A stretch of 64,000 nucleotides of DNA, taken from the NCBI RefSeq assembly GCF_006345805.1, contig NC_043002.1:32302001-32366000 (forward strand), read 5' to 3'. This document shows, piece after piece, positions 15,300-27,210 of the stretch. This stretch comes from Octopus sinensis. Lineage: Eukaryota. Numbering within the stretch: position 1 is the first letter of the stretch; every line of letters begins with the position of its first letter. The notes beneath the pieces were generated by a model. The model saw only the letters and a list, made by a program, of their open reading frames with translations. It was not told where the DNA came from and made no database searches. The translations under genes were made by a program, and so were the position numbers.

Positions 15300-16625
15300 C
15301 TAGCAGCATAGCCCGGCGTTGCCCGGGTATGTAAGAGCCCCTAGTAGGCAACGACTAATCCGGATCTAGTCCTTTCCCTCTAGGGAACGAAGGCGCATGT
15401 GTAGGTTGCAATGTCTTCTCTTCACTCCAATACTTCTGTGTATACGACGTTCCTAGCTGTCCCTTTGGGCGAAAACATGAAAACATCATTGCGCCTCCCA
15501 ACGCGTGAACAGCCCACGTAGAGTTGACCGTGGACGAAGCACTGTTCGCCCAAATGTAACCCCGCGACTTGTAGTATTTGGCCTTGGGATTTATTGATGG
15601 ACATTGCGAAGCTGAGTTTAACAGGAAACTGAGAACGCCTGAAGTGGATTGGTAGGTCAGCGCCCGACGATTGAAGGTGCATGCGTGGAATGAAGACGTC
15701 CTCTCCCTTCCCATAACCGGTAAGTATTGTGGCCGTTATTAAATGTGGTGCCAAATGTTTCACAACCAGACGTGTGCCGTTGCACTGTTTAGGTGGAACC
15801 AAATTCCCGATGAGCATAATGGGCGCACCGACTTTTAACTTCAGGATGTGTGGCGGCAAGCCTGGCGGTTCAAGTGAATTTAGGAATTCAACAGGATAAT
15901 CGGCAAGCTCGGCGGGGTCTGCTGTCCTATCTATAGATTTGTAGACGTGGATATCGCCAGGAATAGCTTCAAGTAGCTTAGTTATTTGGGGAAGTAAGAG
16001 AGTTAAAGAAGGTCGAGTTGCGTCCCTTAGACAGTCTGTGGTTTGTGTTTAATACACAAATCGGTTTGCTATGTGTGCCACATATTTAATTAACCGGTTT
16101 TTTCCAGTAATAAAGTATCCTATTGGAATAAAAAGGGCCATATAGCTCCTTGGAGCAGACATGATGTTCGCTGTGAATTAAAAAAAAAAAACCCCGCCAA
16201 TTTGTTAAAGATATTGTCGAAAATATGTCATCTTGAATTAGAACGCGATTTCCCAAAATGGCATGATTTTATCGATTTTTTCTGATGGTAAGGTATTGCA
16301 TAGAAAACTAACGACAGAATTAAGTTTCTTAGGGTAACATTAAGCTTCACCATGAGTTTGGTGAAAATCGATTGCAAGTTGCGAAAACTACAACAGAAAA
16401 TGTGTTGCACATGAAAAGCTTAGATTCTGGACCCCATGTCGAATTTATCAATTTCTTTCAGAACTGGGGGAACTTTTCAAAATTTTCCCTGCGTTAGGTT
16501 TGAATTATGACATTGGGCTACGTGTGTGTCAAGTTTCATCAGAATCGGTTGAAAGCCGTGGTCAGGGTGAGGGTACAACCTGACAGACACACAGACAGAC
16601 AAACTGCCTTTTATATAGAGAGAGA
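15300..16625 (-). mobile_element. Internally deleted Helitron with both termini and a PIF1-like helicase C-terminal remnant
   Basis: The minus strand starts A|TCTCTCTATATAAAAGGCAG (16625) and ends with the hairpin cccgggcaacgccggg plus ...CTAG|T (15300). The frame from about 15995 to 15422 encodes YPVEFLNSLEPPGLPPHILKLKVGAPIML...NGTRL...FAMSINKSQGQ...HGQLYVGCSRV. Confidence 0.92.
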
Positions 16626-17289
16626 TTTTACAATGGTAGACGCATATTCACGTAGCCATAACCCTTGTGAATAAATAAATACGGTTTCAAAATAAACGAA
16701 TTGACTGATAAAGGATGATGTAGTGGGAGGTGTTTAATAAATTCAGAAACAAGGAATTTTTCATTATACGCGCCAACGAAGAAGAAGCAGAATGATATTT
16801 TAATTGTACTCCTTGACAAGGTCATTTCACAAGTTCCATTCATTAATTAGTCCATAAACTTAGACGCTTGTCTAGTTGAACCGGTGAAACATCGTTAAGT
16901 TTGTTTATAACGGTACAGACAATAATATATTAGGTGAAATGTAGTTGTGCTTGACCTCTTCAAAGATTTCTGCTGTCAAAAGTGAAATATCCTCATTAGA
17001 TAGTCTGCAAGGTTGCAGACTCCCCATCAAAATCATGCTATAAAAGTTGATGGTTCAAAGCCTCGCAGCTCTGCTATATCTTGTCAAAGAAATTGAGAAG
17101 TCTGCATGAACTGGTTGAAAATGTATTGAATAAATGCATAGATTTTTGCTATCAGTGACACCGGAAGAAAAAAACACCACAATATCTCAAATTCATACAT
17201 TTACCAAATGCTAACTACAAAAAACTGTAGAAATCGTAACAATATCATGTGTTCCAGCATGGCCGTGGCACTCAGGTAAAACAATATAG

Positions 17290-17454
17290 ACAGATAGGTG
17301 GATAGAGAGGTAAAGAAATGGATATGTCGTCTCTAGATAGACAGACAGATAAATAGATAAATAGATAAATAGGTGGATAGATAGATGATAGATAAATAGG
17401 TGGATAGATGATAGACAGACAGACATACAGACAGACAGACAGACAGATAGATAA

Positions 17455-17518
<64 letters not shown>
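17290..17518. repeat. (GATA/GACA)n microsatellite
   Basis: Direct reading of the sequence. Confidence 0.9.
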
Positions 17519-17519
<1 letters not shown>

Positions 17520-18451
17520 CATGTCTGTGTATGTAAGTGTAGCTAAGTTATGTGTACGGTACATGTATATGTACATGCAGCAACATATGAATGTGTGTGA
17601 GTGTGTTCAGAAAGACAGAAGATCGGAAAGATACGAAGACTGATAGAGGTGTTCATAATGGTAACTGACAGTTAAAGAGATAATAAATGATGGATACAAT
17701 TGGGAAATTAAAGCATTGAGAAAATATGTTAGTATACATTTAATGAAATCTTTTTTTTTACATGATATTTGAAGTGTGTATGAAGTTACGTGAATGAGTG
17801 TGCGTATACATACTACATACATACATACATACATACATATACATACATGCATATATACATTTGTGTCACTGTGTATACATGTGTGATTGTGTGCATATTT
17901 TAAATTATAGTCTTTGACAAAATACAAGTGTAATTGTATTCCAACGCCTCCAATAATTGAAAGCACGAATTCCAATAGGTAATCAGTGGGTAAATGGATT
18001 TGTTCTGCCTACATAGAATAATAGGAAACATTGGAATACGTTAGTTTCTCAGTGAAAATGCAAAGATTGCCATCAACACTTCACTGATGACAAGAGTGAT
18101 ACATCAGAAAGTTGTGTTGGCGTATCTTTAACACACTCTTATGTCTCGAAGCAAAGCGAGATTTATATTAAGGGAGTGGAAGTAGATTTACATTTGAAGT
18201 AATGCCAAGAAGATGACAGTCGCATTCTCTGTGCGTGTGTGTTTGATTTTGATTTTTGCTTTTGTTTTTCTTTTTCGCGAATAAATTTAGCTGTTCGACT
18301 CTTTAAAGACCAGTTTGCATGTCGTTGCCATGTTTTATAACATCAAACCTAATTACATAACAATGCTTCAGATACCTGACTGTCTATAGAAGTCATGAGT
18401 TTTCCAGCCTACACAGTTTTCTATTCCTACCTACGTATGTACACACGCACG

Positions 18452-18526
<75 letters not shown>

Positions 18527-18542
18527 ACACACACACACAGCA

Positions 18543-19001
18543 ACATATTGCTTGTACTTATGTTCAGTTGTAATAAAAACAAATTTATTACTCTATACAT
18601 TTGTAGATCACAAATTAATCATTCTTATACAAGAATGTTGCTGACAGTGACTCCGAAGTTTCGGCTACAATCCAACGATGGTTTAGCTGGCCGAAAATTC
18701 GAAATCACTGTCAACAAGATTCTTGTATTAGGATAATACGTATACTCACACACACACCACACACACACACACACACCACATACACACACACACACACCCA
18801 CAATATTGCTTGTACTTATGTTCAGTTGTAATAAAAACAATTTATTACTCTATACATTTGTAGATCACAAATTAATCATTCTTATACAAGAATGTTGCTG
18901 ACAGTGACTCCGAAGTTTCGGCTACAATCCAACGATGGTTTAGCTGGCCGAAAATTCGAAATCACTGTCAACAAGATTCTTGTATTAGGATAATACGTAT
19001 A

Positions 19002-19007
<6 letters not shown>
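18543..19007 (+). repeat. Direct tandem duplication of an about 205 bp unit (period 257 bp), each unit holding a 100 bp hairpin
   Basis: 18543-18750 matches 18800-19007 essentially exactly. The hairpins lie at 18628-18727 and 18885-18984. Confidence 0.92.
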
Positions 19008-19075
<68 letters not shown>

Positions 19076-19076
19076 C

Positions 19077-19339
19077 ACTCTCTTTACTCTTTTACTTGTT
19101 TCAGTCATTTGGCTGCGGCCATGCTGGAGCACCGCCTTTAGTCGAGCAAATCGACCGCGGGACTTATTCTTTGTAAGCCCAGTACTTATTCTATCGGTCT
19201 CTTTTGCCGAACTGCTATGTGACGGGGACATAAACACACCAGCATCGGTTGTCAAGCAATGCTAGGGGAACAAACACAGACACACAAACACGCATATATA
19301 TATACATATATACGACGGGCTTCTTTCAGTTTCCGTCTA
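19077..19339 (-). mobile_element. Long-family SINE, 3' half
   Basis: Homologous to 8797-9075. Confidence 0.85.
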
Positions 19340-20023
19340 TAAGTTACCAAGAGAAAGCTATTGTAGAAGATTCTGCCTAAGATTAGCGTATCATTTTTCG
19401 GTCACTTGTTTGTATTTAAATCTTGTCCTTTTAAATCGGAGAATGAATATATTATGATATATTATTATATTATTATGCAGTTATCATATATGTGTGTGTG
19501 TGTGTGTGTGTATCATGTGGAATTTGAGCCCATATCACCTGTAAACATGACATGCGTTAAACCACTGGACCAATGCAATTTTAGAAAACGTATCCTTTCC
19601 ACCGAAAATTGTATGTTATTGGCATCATTAGAATTCATATACTTCGAGACAAAGTGAAATAATTCCTTCTTTTTACTTTACTGGTAGATCTCGAAGCAGA
19701 TAAAGCTATAAATAATACCATGTAAGTTGTGGGTATAAAAACCCTGCATTTTATCGTAATGTGTCAATAATGTCATAGGTTACAGGTCACTGTAGGGCTT
19801 TAATAATGCCAATGTAGAAAACTCTAACATATATACACATATATAAACCCCATAAAGACATTAACAGAGAAAAAATACAATACCTCTAGTAGCGTTAAAA
19901 ACAAAATTATATCTTAGATTAAGGTAACTGTTATTTCGAGGTTTCGTCAGTAGTAAATACCTCAAACAGTTTGAGAATCTAGATTCAGTGAAGTCACTAA
20001 CATTTAAAAAAAAATATATAAAT

Positions 20024-20537
20024 AGGAGTGACTGTGTGGTAAGTAGCTTGTTTACCATGGTTCCGGGTTCAGTCCCACCGCGTGGCACCTTGGGCAAGTG
20101 TCTTCTACTATAGCCTCGGGCCGACCAAAGCCTTGTGAGTGGATTTGGTAGACGGAAACTGAAAGAAGCCCGTCGTATATATGATATATATTATATATTA
20201 TATATATAATATATATATAAAAAGGAAATGAAGAAAATGCTGACAAAGTGATTTAAGTAAGGGAGAGTGTATTTAATTAGGTGAAAGTTCTTTTTACCGG
20301 TTGCGCATTTGTATGCTTATCAAAAGATATTTTTTATAGAGATAGGAAAGGAACTCTATCTCTATTAAAAAAATATCTTTGAGAAGCATAACAAATGCGC
20401 AACCAGTAAAAAGAACTTTCACCTAATTAAATACATTCTCCCTTACTTAAATCATTTTGTCGCAGCATTCTTCATTTCCTTTTTTTAATATCACAACTCG
20501 TGTTCCACATCTCCTTTTTAAAATATATATATAGATG

Positions 20538-20612
<75 letters not shown>

Positions 20613-20864
20613 ATATAGATATGTGTGTGTGTGTGTGTGTGTGTGTAAAATGTTCCGTGTGTCTGCGTTTGTCATCCCAACATCGCTTGACAACCGATGC
20701 TGGTTTGTTTACGTCCTCGTAACTTAGCGGTTCAGCAAAAGAGACCGATAGTATAAGTACTTGGCTTACAAAGAATAAGTCCTGGGGTCGATTTGCTCGA
20801 CTAAAGGCGGTGCTCCAGCATGGCCACAGTCACATGACTGAAACAAGTAAAAAAGTAAAAAAGT
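20024..20864 (+). mobile_element. Long-family SINE split by an insertion in its central microsatellite
   Basis: The 5' half is at 20024-20180 and the 3' half at about 20657-20864. Confidence 0.85.
20221..20482. repeat. About 260 bp palindrome (arms about 125 bp)
   Basis: aaaggaaatgaag...atagagatag mirrors ctctatctctat...cttcatttccttt with few mismatches. Confidence 0.9.
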
Positions 20865-20899
20865 ATACAACTATATTACTTTGGGTCTATTTGTGCGTG

Positions 20900-21660
20900 T
20901 ATTTTAAAGTTTTGTTTTGTATATATTGTCGCTGTTGTTGTTGTCGTTGTTGTTCTTGTTTAGCTATGATTGTATCTGAGTATGTGTGCTTGTTTTCGAT
21001 GGCTTGTTGTCTTGTTGCATGTTGTGTGTGTATATACATGTGTGTAATAGTTTATGTAATGATATGGAGGTATTATAGTGTGTGAGTACAATTAAATGTG
21101 TAATATTGCATAAATGTAATAGTGTGTGTGTTCATAGTTACGCAAGTGTTGTAGTGTGTGTATACGTGTGTATAACGTATGTATTACGTGTGTAGGTGTT
21201 AATGTGTGCGCATGTGAATGTGCCTGCGTGATAGTATGTGCAATACAACAGAGATTTTCTAATCTATGCGTGCATGTGTGATAGCATGTGATTGATATGG
21301 AAGCATTATAATGTGTGTATGTGTGTAATAGCATGCATAATAATGCGTAGGTGTCATAGCAGGTGTGTGTATAGGTGTATTAGCATATATAATAATGCTA
21401 AGTGATGTATTACGTGTGTGTATGTGCTACAGCGTGTATATTTGTATGGAGGTGGTATAGTGTTTGTATGTGTATGAGAGGTCATATATTATAGAATGTA
21501 GGCGTTATAATGTGCACAGGCTATTACAGGAAAAGTGTGACAGAGTATGGAGTAGGTTTCATGCGTGTGTGAATATATAGTGGGTGAGATATATTGTGCG
21601 CCGGTTATAATATTGAAAGTGGGATATTGTAAGTGGCGGGGTATGCGTGTGAATAAATAA
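20900..21660. repeat. Degenerate TG/TA-rich low-complexity tract
   Basis: Direct reading of the sequence. Confidence 0.7.
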
Positions 21661-22271
21661 CTCAATGTATAGCACTATGTACAGTATTCGCTAAAAAACT
21701 ACGTTTGTTTTTCCTTACCATATTGAACACCTCATTTAGAATGTGCCTGCCTTTAGAGGGATCCAATAGACTGCCAAATCCACCTGGATCAGATCTTTGG
21801 TCTTTATCCACATCTCTCCTTCATGTCAGATCTTTAAACCAATCATGGGCAGCGTGCAGCCCGTGGTACTTTCTGAATGGCAGGCCTAATGAGAAATTAA
21901 CTTGAATGGTTTAGTCGTTTAGTAGTGCGGCCCACCAGATGATCAGCCATGTTTCATTCAACCCGCTTCTCGAAAAATTTGCTCAAGACTGCTTTAGATT
22001 CTTGACTAATGTATAACGTTAAAAATGAATAATGAATAACATTAAAAAACAACATATAGCTGTTTAGTGGTTATGACCACGTAGAGATGCTTTTTGTGAT
22101 TGTTATTATTGTGTTGGTGTTGTATGATCAACAGTCAACTCGGATCGAGTACACCTATGGTAAATGTATTCGGGTCGTAATTATCCTATCTTTTAAGCTA
22201 CAGCTTTTGAATATTCCGTCTGTTAGGAATTACGCAGGGCTATATTTCCCAATCCGACCACTAGGCCAGGT

Positions 22272-22558
22272 GGAGGCACATGGCCTAGGGGTTAGAGCAG
22301 CGGACTAGCGGTCGAGGAATCGCAGGTTCGAATTTCAGACCGAGCGATGTGTGTGTTTATGAGCGAAAAACCTAAGCTCCACGCGGTTCCGGCAGAAGGT
22401 AATGGCGAACCTCTGCTGACTCTTTCGCCACAACTTTCTCTTATTATTTCCTCCTGCATCTTGCAGTTCACTCGTCCAGGTGTGGAACCTATACGTCAAG
22501 GAAACCTGGAAACCGGCCCTTATGAGCCAGGCATGGCTCGAGAAGGAACAAACAATAT
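22272..22558 (+). mobile_element. tRNA-derived SINE, third family, with clear Pol III A and B boxes
   Basis: A box TGGCCTAGGGGTTAG at about 22281 and B box GGTTCGAATT at about 22325. The head is shared with the copy at 30923. Confidence 0.8.
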
Positions 22559-23667
22559 TTCCCAATGTGTCCCTCTACTTTTTAAGGTAGTAGACTGTAA
22601 TTTGAGAGAGATTTAGCTACGTGGTATAGATGATACTACAATGAATATGCATAGGGTCCGCTATATGCGTAAATTGAGATATGCATTCCAGTTATACTTA
22701 TTATCGCCGTGTGAACTCTGAGTCAGCATTGAGAGAGTAGTGTGAAGTTATTTATATTTTGTACACACTTCCATACTATAGTCTGGATTTAATGAACTTC
22801 AAATAATTCAAATAATGGGGTTCTCTGCTCTACCATTTTTTTTTTATCACACTAAGTAATTCATAACATGGTTGTTCTCATCATGAAAACACTTCTTTTA
22901 CAACATCTAATGTACTGAAACCCAATTCACTACTATAGTGAGTTTAGGTTTGAATCCCTGTGTCTCTATTTCTCTTTTTATATATCATGCTTGCAGATAT
23001 CGGAGATCATGGAGCTGCGTACCTTGGTCTGGAGTTTCTTGATTTCTTGGGAAGTATACACTAATGGCCTCTTGTCGTCTTATGCTGTATCACTTACGGT
23101 TAACTTCGCTTGTTTCCTGCACTCCAGAGCTTCAGTTTGAGATATTGTGCAATTTAACACTTTGGCAAAGGAATTAGTTCACATACCATCCACTAACAGA
23201 TGGGTCCATGTGACATATTCCTACGTAGCAGCCCTCCACTGTATCTTGTGTGATTTAACTATAAGGCAACCTTCTAATATTTCACTCATAACTCGGACAC
23301 TTGACAGGCAGTGTCACCTGGGCCAGATTAGAACTGGAATAGTGTTCATTAAAAGGTAACTCTATATTTTCCTAAGCTCCTGACTTTCGAACTGGATTCT
23401 TATCATTGGTTGATGTTAGATGTATCTAAATCTTTGAGGGTTCCTTGTAAGTGCTTGTAGTACATATACAAACACACACTCATACATACATACACACACA
23501 CACTCATACGCACACACTAATACGCACACACTCATACGCCCACACACCCATATGCTTATGACTGTCTGTGAATGCTGCAACTAGGGTGGTATGGATTTTG
23601 TAACGTTTCGGACGTTATTTTCGTCCTCAAGACAAGGTAATAAGGTCTCTGCAGAAATCATGAGATC

Positions 23668-23698
<31 letters not shown>

Positions 23699-23794
23699 TG
23701 TATATGTATTATGTATTATGAATGTTTGTAAGTATGGATGGATGACTAGATGCATGCACAGAAGTATGTATGTATTTATGAATGTATGCACTTG

Positions 23795-23855
<61 letters not shown>

Positions 23856-23889
23856 CATGTAAGTATGGATCGATGGATGGATGTATCAT

Positions 23890-24100
23890 TATTTTCTACT
23901 TGCTTTGGACTGCGGCCAGAGTTGGGCACTGCTTAGAAAGGTTTAATTGAAGACATCGACCCCAGTACTTATTTTTTGAATCTGATACTTATTCAATCAA
24001 TATTTTTGGCCGAAACACTAAGTTACGAGGAAGTAAACAAACCAACACCAGTCGTCAAGCAGTGGTGGCGGGAAACAAGCCATCATACAAAGACACACAT
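23890..24100 (-). mobile_element. Diverged long-family SINE, 3' half
   Basis: Recognisable segments atcgaccccagtacttat and ctaagttacgaggaagtaaacaaaccaacacc. Confidence 0.65.
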
Positions 24101-24448
24101 TCACACATACACACACATACATACATACATACATATATACACATACACAGACACACGCACATACACAGACACACACACACACATATATATATATTGTGAT
24201 AAACTCCAGGCCACGACAAACAGAGAGGATGCTCTTGGAGCCGAGAATTTGAACTTACGGAAGCAATATTTACATATCACCTGAGGAAACACAACTAGAT
24301 CTCATAATGCAAGGAAACGGTTGCATATCCAAGTAACTGCACGCCAGGAGAACTACGTTGCGTAGAAACAATTGTAGTGAATGAAAATAAATGTCCAACT
24401 GTACTCCTCGTGGACTCCAATTTTTTTCAATTATATATTTATATGCAC

Positions 24449-24487
<39 letters not shown>

Positions 24488-24788
24488 TATAGGTTCATTT
24501 CAGGTACCGTTTACCGAATCCACTCACCAAGCTTTCAGTGACCTGTGGCAATAGTAAAATACACTTTTTACAACACACCAACTCTAAATGCATATAGGGA
24601 AGAAGAGGCGGGCAAGGTATTAGTCTGTTAGAAAACAGACAAACAGACAGACAGATATATGTTTTGTTTATTTTGTTCATCGCATGCTTAAGACCGTTAT
24701 TTGAAAGGACCAATGAAACAAATCCATTTTTTAAAGGTGTGTCCTTGAACTAGTTTTGACCATATAGTTATTTGTGTTCTATTTTAAC

Positions 24789-24834
24789 AAAACTGTCCGA
24801 CGAACGGGAACGTGAAACTCTGAGTAACAGTTTT
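24789..24834 (+). ncRNA. Minimal type I hammerhead ribozyme motif within a PLE terminal-repeat remnant (about 24750-24935)
   Basis: aaaactgt-CCGACGA-acg ggaa cgt-GAAA-ctc t gag-UA/acagtttt. Stem I has 8 bp, stem II has 3 bp plus a tetraloop, and stem III is near-palindromic. Predicted cleavage follows 24826. Confidence 0.72.
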
Positions 24835-24962
24835 TGTTATATTTCTGCTGCTTTTAAATAAAGCATATTACTCTACCTCTGGTATTTGAGTACTCTCTTT
24901 TCCAACTTGTTTCACATTTATGTGCTTACTCCGGTATATATATATATAGATAGATAGATAGT

Positions 24963-25042
<80 letters not shown>

Positions 25043-25984
25043 CAGACAGATAAACAGACAGATAGACAGATAAATAGATATCCACATCATACTATATCTC
25101 TCATCAATAGTTGGATGTTTACTATTCGGGTTCCGTGGTATAATCTCCAATTTGTCCTCGTACAGAAATAGCCAGAACAAAGTCTATTTTTACTCCCTCT
25201 ATTATGTTGCTTCCAGCATCCACCTGTCTACGTATTTGCACGCGCCTGCGTGTGCCTCTTTCTATGTATGCATATATTTATGGCTATACATGTATGCGAA
25301 ATGGGGTATCTAGATGGTTTTCTATGGCTTTCTAACGTCTCTCTTTTAAGTCTCTCTCATTCCCTCTAACCTATACATGAATATGTGGTTATGTCTCTAA
25401 ATGTTAGTACTTGCGTAAGTTAGGTTTTGTGTCATTCTGTACGTGTATGTATGTGTGAGTGTATTTGTGTATGTGTATGTGTCCCCACCTCTCTCACTGT
25501 ACAATTGAACATTCGAGAACAGTAGTACACAATATACCACACATCTCTAAGCACTAGAGCCATTTCCCTCGAACTCCTAAAATATAAAAACGATAAAGCC
25601 ATCTCTGTAGTCACTACATCAAATTAGTCTTCACTGACGAGCAGCAATAAAAAAAAAAAAATGTCGGCTTGTTTCTATAGGAACCAGGTAATTAAGTAAA
25701 CTGTTTATTAAATTAGTAGCATGCCCGTTTGATCAGCCATTAGCTGAGTGGCAGCCATGACACTGAGCTCTGTTCTGCTGCCTTCTGTGATTTGTTTATG
25801 TCATTTAATGTAACTGTATACAACTCACATCCGCCTACATACACCCACATCTCACATATATAACTAAGATGTATATATGTGTATGTTTGTATGCATGCAT
25901 GCGTATATGTGTGTGTGCGTTTGTGTGTGTGTGTGTGTGTGTGCGCGTGCACACACGTTATATATATGTATGTACGAAGATTTG

Positions 25985-26084
25985 NNNNNNNNNNNNNNNN
26001 NNNNNNNNNNNNNNNNNNNNNNNNNNNNNNNNNNNNNNNNNNNNNNNNNNNNNNNNNNNNNNNNNNNNNNNNNNNNNNNNNNNN
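25985..26084. other. Assembly gap (100 N)
   Basis: Run of N characters. Confidence 1.
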
Positions 26085-27110
26085 TCTATGCAAGAAACCA
26101 GCTCTTTCTCCACTGGTGAGAAACTCAAGAAATTAAACAAGAAGCAAAATGCATACATGTATACATTCATATACACATAGTTCTGTGTATTTTTGGCGTA
26201 TACAATTTCTGAATAGAAATACACCGTAAACGTGAAACTTAGCAGAAAATCTCTCACAGCTCAAGTTGTGACAACCATCTGGTAAGTAGCAATGAGGGGA
26301 TAAATATTTAATTATTTTCACTAGAGGCTGGATTGTTAAATTTACTTAGGTGTGGAAAAATAAAATGAGATTTTCTTTTTCATTTCACAACTTCTTTCAT
26401 TTGCAATTATGTGTCGAGAGATTAAATCTGATCTTGTCATGTGAAAGTGAGATGTCAACTGTCTCAACTGAAGACAAAAGAGAAAAGAAAAGAACAACAT
26501 TAGCCCTGGCCTCGTAAGAATATTTCTGTTAAGTTGTTCTACAATGAGATAGTCATTCCGTTTCCAAAATTCCATCCGAAATAATTTTAGTTGTGCTTTT
26601 TCTTATGCATGAAGTTTTTTTGTTTTTTTTTGAGGAAGCGGGGATGGGATCGGTGGGAATAGCGAAGGTGCAATTAAAAGCGCTAAGGTCCATAATTAGG
26701 ATTTATTTTATTGAAATTAGGGATATCAATGACTCGGATATAATTTTAACTCAGATCTGCGAAGCGCATAGTTCAGTTTTTCTTATCTGTGTAGCTTATA
26801 ATATACAGTCCTTCCTATTAGAATTTTAAACCATTTCCTCAAAAGTTCCGTTGATAAGGATTACAGTCATAACAAAATACATTAGGAATACATAGAAAAT
26901 AATCATCACTGTTTGTAATTCAATTTAACTTGTTATATGTATCAACAGCTACTCACCAATAGAGAAGGTGAATATGCATAACCGTACATAATTTACCAAA
27001 TAATCTACACTGAGGTACATGCATACACAAATGTACGCACATGCGTGCATGTAGGTGTATATATATATGTATATATATATATATATGATAGATAGATAGA
27101 CAGATAGATA

Positions 27111-27178
<68 letters not shown>

Positions 27179-27210
27179 ATATATATATTATATATATAGA
27201 TAGATAGATA

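Noticed and set aside
18543-19007. CRISPR-like repeat array
   Set aside because: Only two long units in eukaryotic DNA, with no repeat-spacer periodicity and no cas genes.
22272-22345. Possible tRNA gene
   Set aside because: It has A/B boxes but no closed acceptor stem and continues into a SINE body; a related head recurs at 30923.
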